From Eledone cirrhosa (Eukaryota): a stretch of 64,000 nt of DNA. The stretch covers positions 399,156,001-399,220,000 of the forward strand of contig OZ024740.1 in assembly GCA_964016885.1 (NCBI GenBank), read 5' to 3'. Numbering within the stretch: position 1 is the stretch's first letter; each line of letters opens with the position of its first letter. Positions 62,544 through 64,000 of this stretch are shown here, in pieces. Under the pieces are notes generated by a model. The model did not search any database, was not told the origin of the DNA, and saw only the letters and a program-made list of their open reading frames with translations. Made by a program: the position numbers and the translations under genes.

Positions 62544-64000
62544 TATTTAGACCTAAACATTGATATATTTAGACCTAAACATTGGTATATTTAGACCTAA
62601 ACATTGGTATATTTAGACCTAAACATTGATATATTTAGACCTAAACATTGGTATATTTAGACCTAAACATTGGTATATTTAGACCTAAACATTGATATAT
62701 TTAGACCTAAACATTGGTATATTTAGACCTAAACATTGGTATATTTAGACCTAAACATTGATATATTTAGACCTAAACATTGGTATATTTAGACCTAAAC
62801 ATTGGTATATTTAGACCTAAACATTGATATATTTAGACCTAAACATTGGTATATTTAGACCTAAACATTGGTATATTTAGACCTAAACATTGATATATTT
62901 AGACCTAAACATTGGTATATTTAGACCTAAACATTGGTATATTTAGACCTAAACATTGATATATTTAGACCTAAACATTGGTATATTTAGACCTAAACAT
63001 TGATATATTTAGACCTAAACATTGGTATATTTAGACCTAAACATTGGTATATTTAGACCTAAACATTGATATATTTAGACCTAAACATTGGTATATTTAG
63101 ACCTAAACATTGGTATATTTAGACCTAAACATTGATATATTTAGACCTAAACATTGGTATATTTAGACCTAAACATTGATATATTTAGACCTAAACATTG
63201 GTATATTTAGACCTAAACATTGGTATATTTAGACCTAAACATTGATATATTTAGACCTAAACATTGGTATATTTAGACCTAAACATTGGTATATTTAGAC
63301 CTAAACATTGATATATTTAGACCTAAACATTGGTATATTTAGACCTAAACATTGATATATTTAGACCTAAACATTGGTATATTTAGACCTAAACATTGGT
63401 ATATTTAGACCTAAACATTGATATATTTAGACCTAAACATTGGTATATTTAGACCTAAACATTGGTATATTTAGACCTAAACATTGATATATTTAGACCT
63501 AAACATTGGTATATTTAGACCTAAACATTGGTATATTTAGACCTAAACATTGATATATTTAGACCTAAACATTGGTATATTTAGACCTAAACATTGGTAT
63601 ATTTAGACCTAAACATTGATATATTTAGACCTAAACATTGGTATATTTAGACCTAAACATTGGTATATTTAGACCTAAACATTGATATATTTAGACCTAA
63701 ACATTGGTATATTTAGACCTAAACATTGATATATTTAGACCTAAACATTGGTATATTTAGACCTAAACATTGGTATATTTAGACCTAAACATTGATATAT
63801 TTAGACCTAAACATTGGTATATTTAGACCTAAACATTGGTATATTTAGACCTAAACATTGATATATTTAGACCTAAACATTGGTATATTTAGACCTAAAC
63901 ATTGATATATTTAGACCTAAACATTGGTATATTTAGACCTAAACATTGGTATATTTAGACCTAAACATTGATATATTTAGACCTAAACATTGGTATATTT

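Larger units (their letters stand above)
60390..64000. repeat. 22-bp tandem satellite ATTTAGACCTAAACATTG(G/A)TAT
   Basis: Diverged at 60390-60600, mixed variants at 60804-61340 and homogeneous from 62543 to the window end; interrupted by a SINE and an RTE. Confidence 0.97.

Noticed and set aside
62543-64000. CRISPR-like or telomeric array
   Set aside because: Head-to-tail 22-bp units with no unique spacers, no cas genes and no TTAGGG; it is a satellite.

Overview
Eukaryotic, AT-rich and dominated by transposons. The SINE and RTE repertoire suggests an octopus or other coleoid cephalopod (inference). The only host gene is a + strand folylpolyglutamate synthase (FPGS), mostly missed by the ORF track. 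I reconstruct 9 internal coding exons with GT-AG boundaries and consistent phases (20994-57443); the first exon was not located and the 3' exons probably lie beyond the window. Around and inside it are a decayed autonomous Helitron, non-autonomous Helitrons, many RTE-clade LINEs with a PHD-like finger after the RT, a CR1-group LINE, a decayed CRE-like retrotransposon with an N-terminal PHD finger, a Tc1/mariner remnant, several SINE families, Penelope-like element (PLE) remnants, and a 22-bp satellite with higher-order structure at the right end. The most notable signal is three sequence-unrelated hammerhead-ribozyme (HHR) folds read by eye: a minimal type I, an extended type I with a CAGAAGA (U4A) core in 4 copies, and a U3-A8 covariant in the loop of a long inverted repeat. 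No ribozyme activity was tested and no database searches were run.
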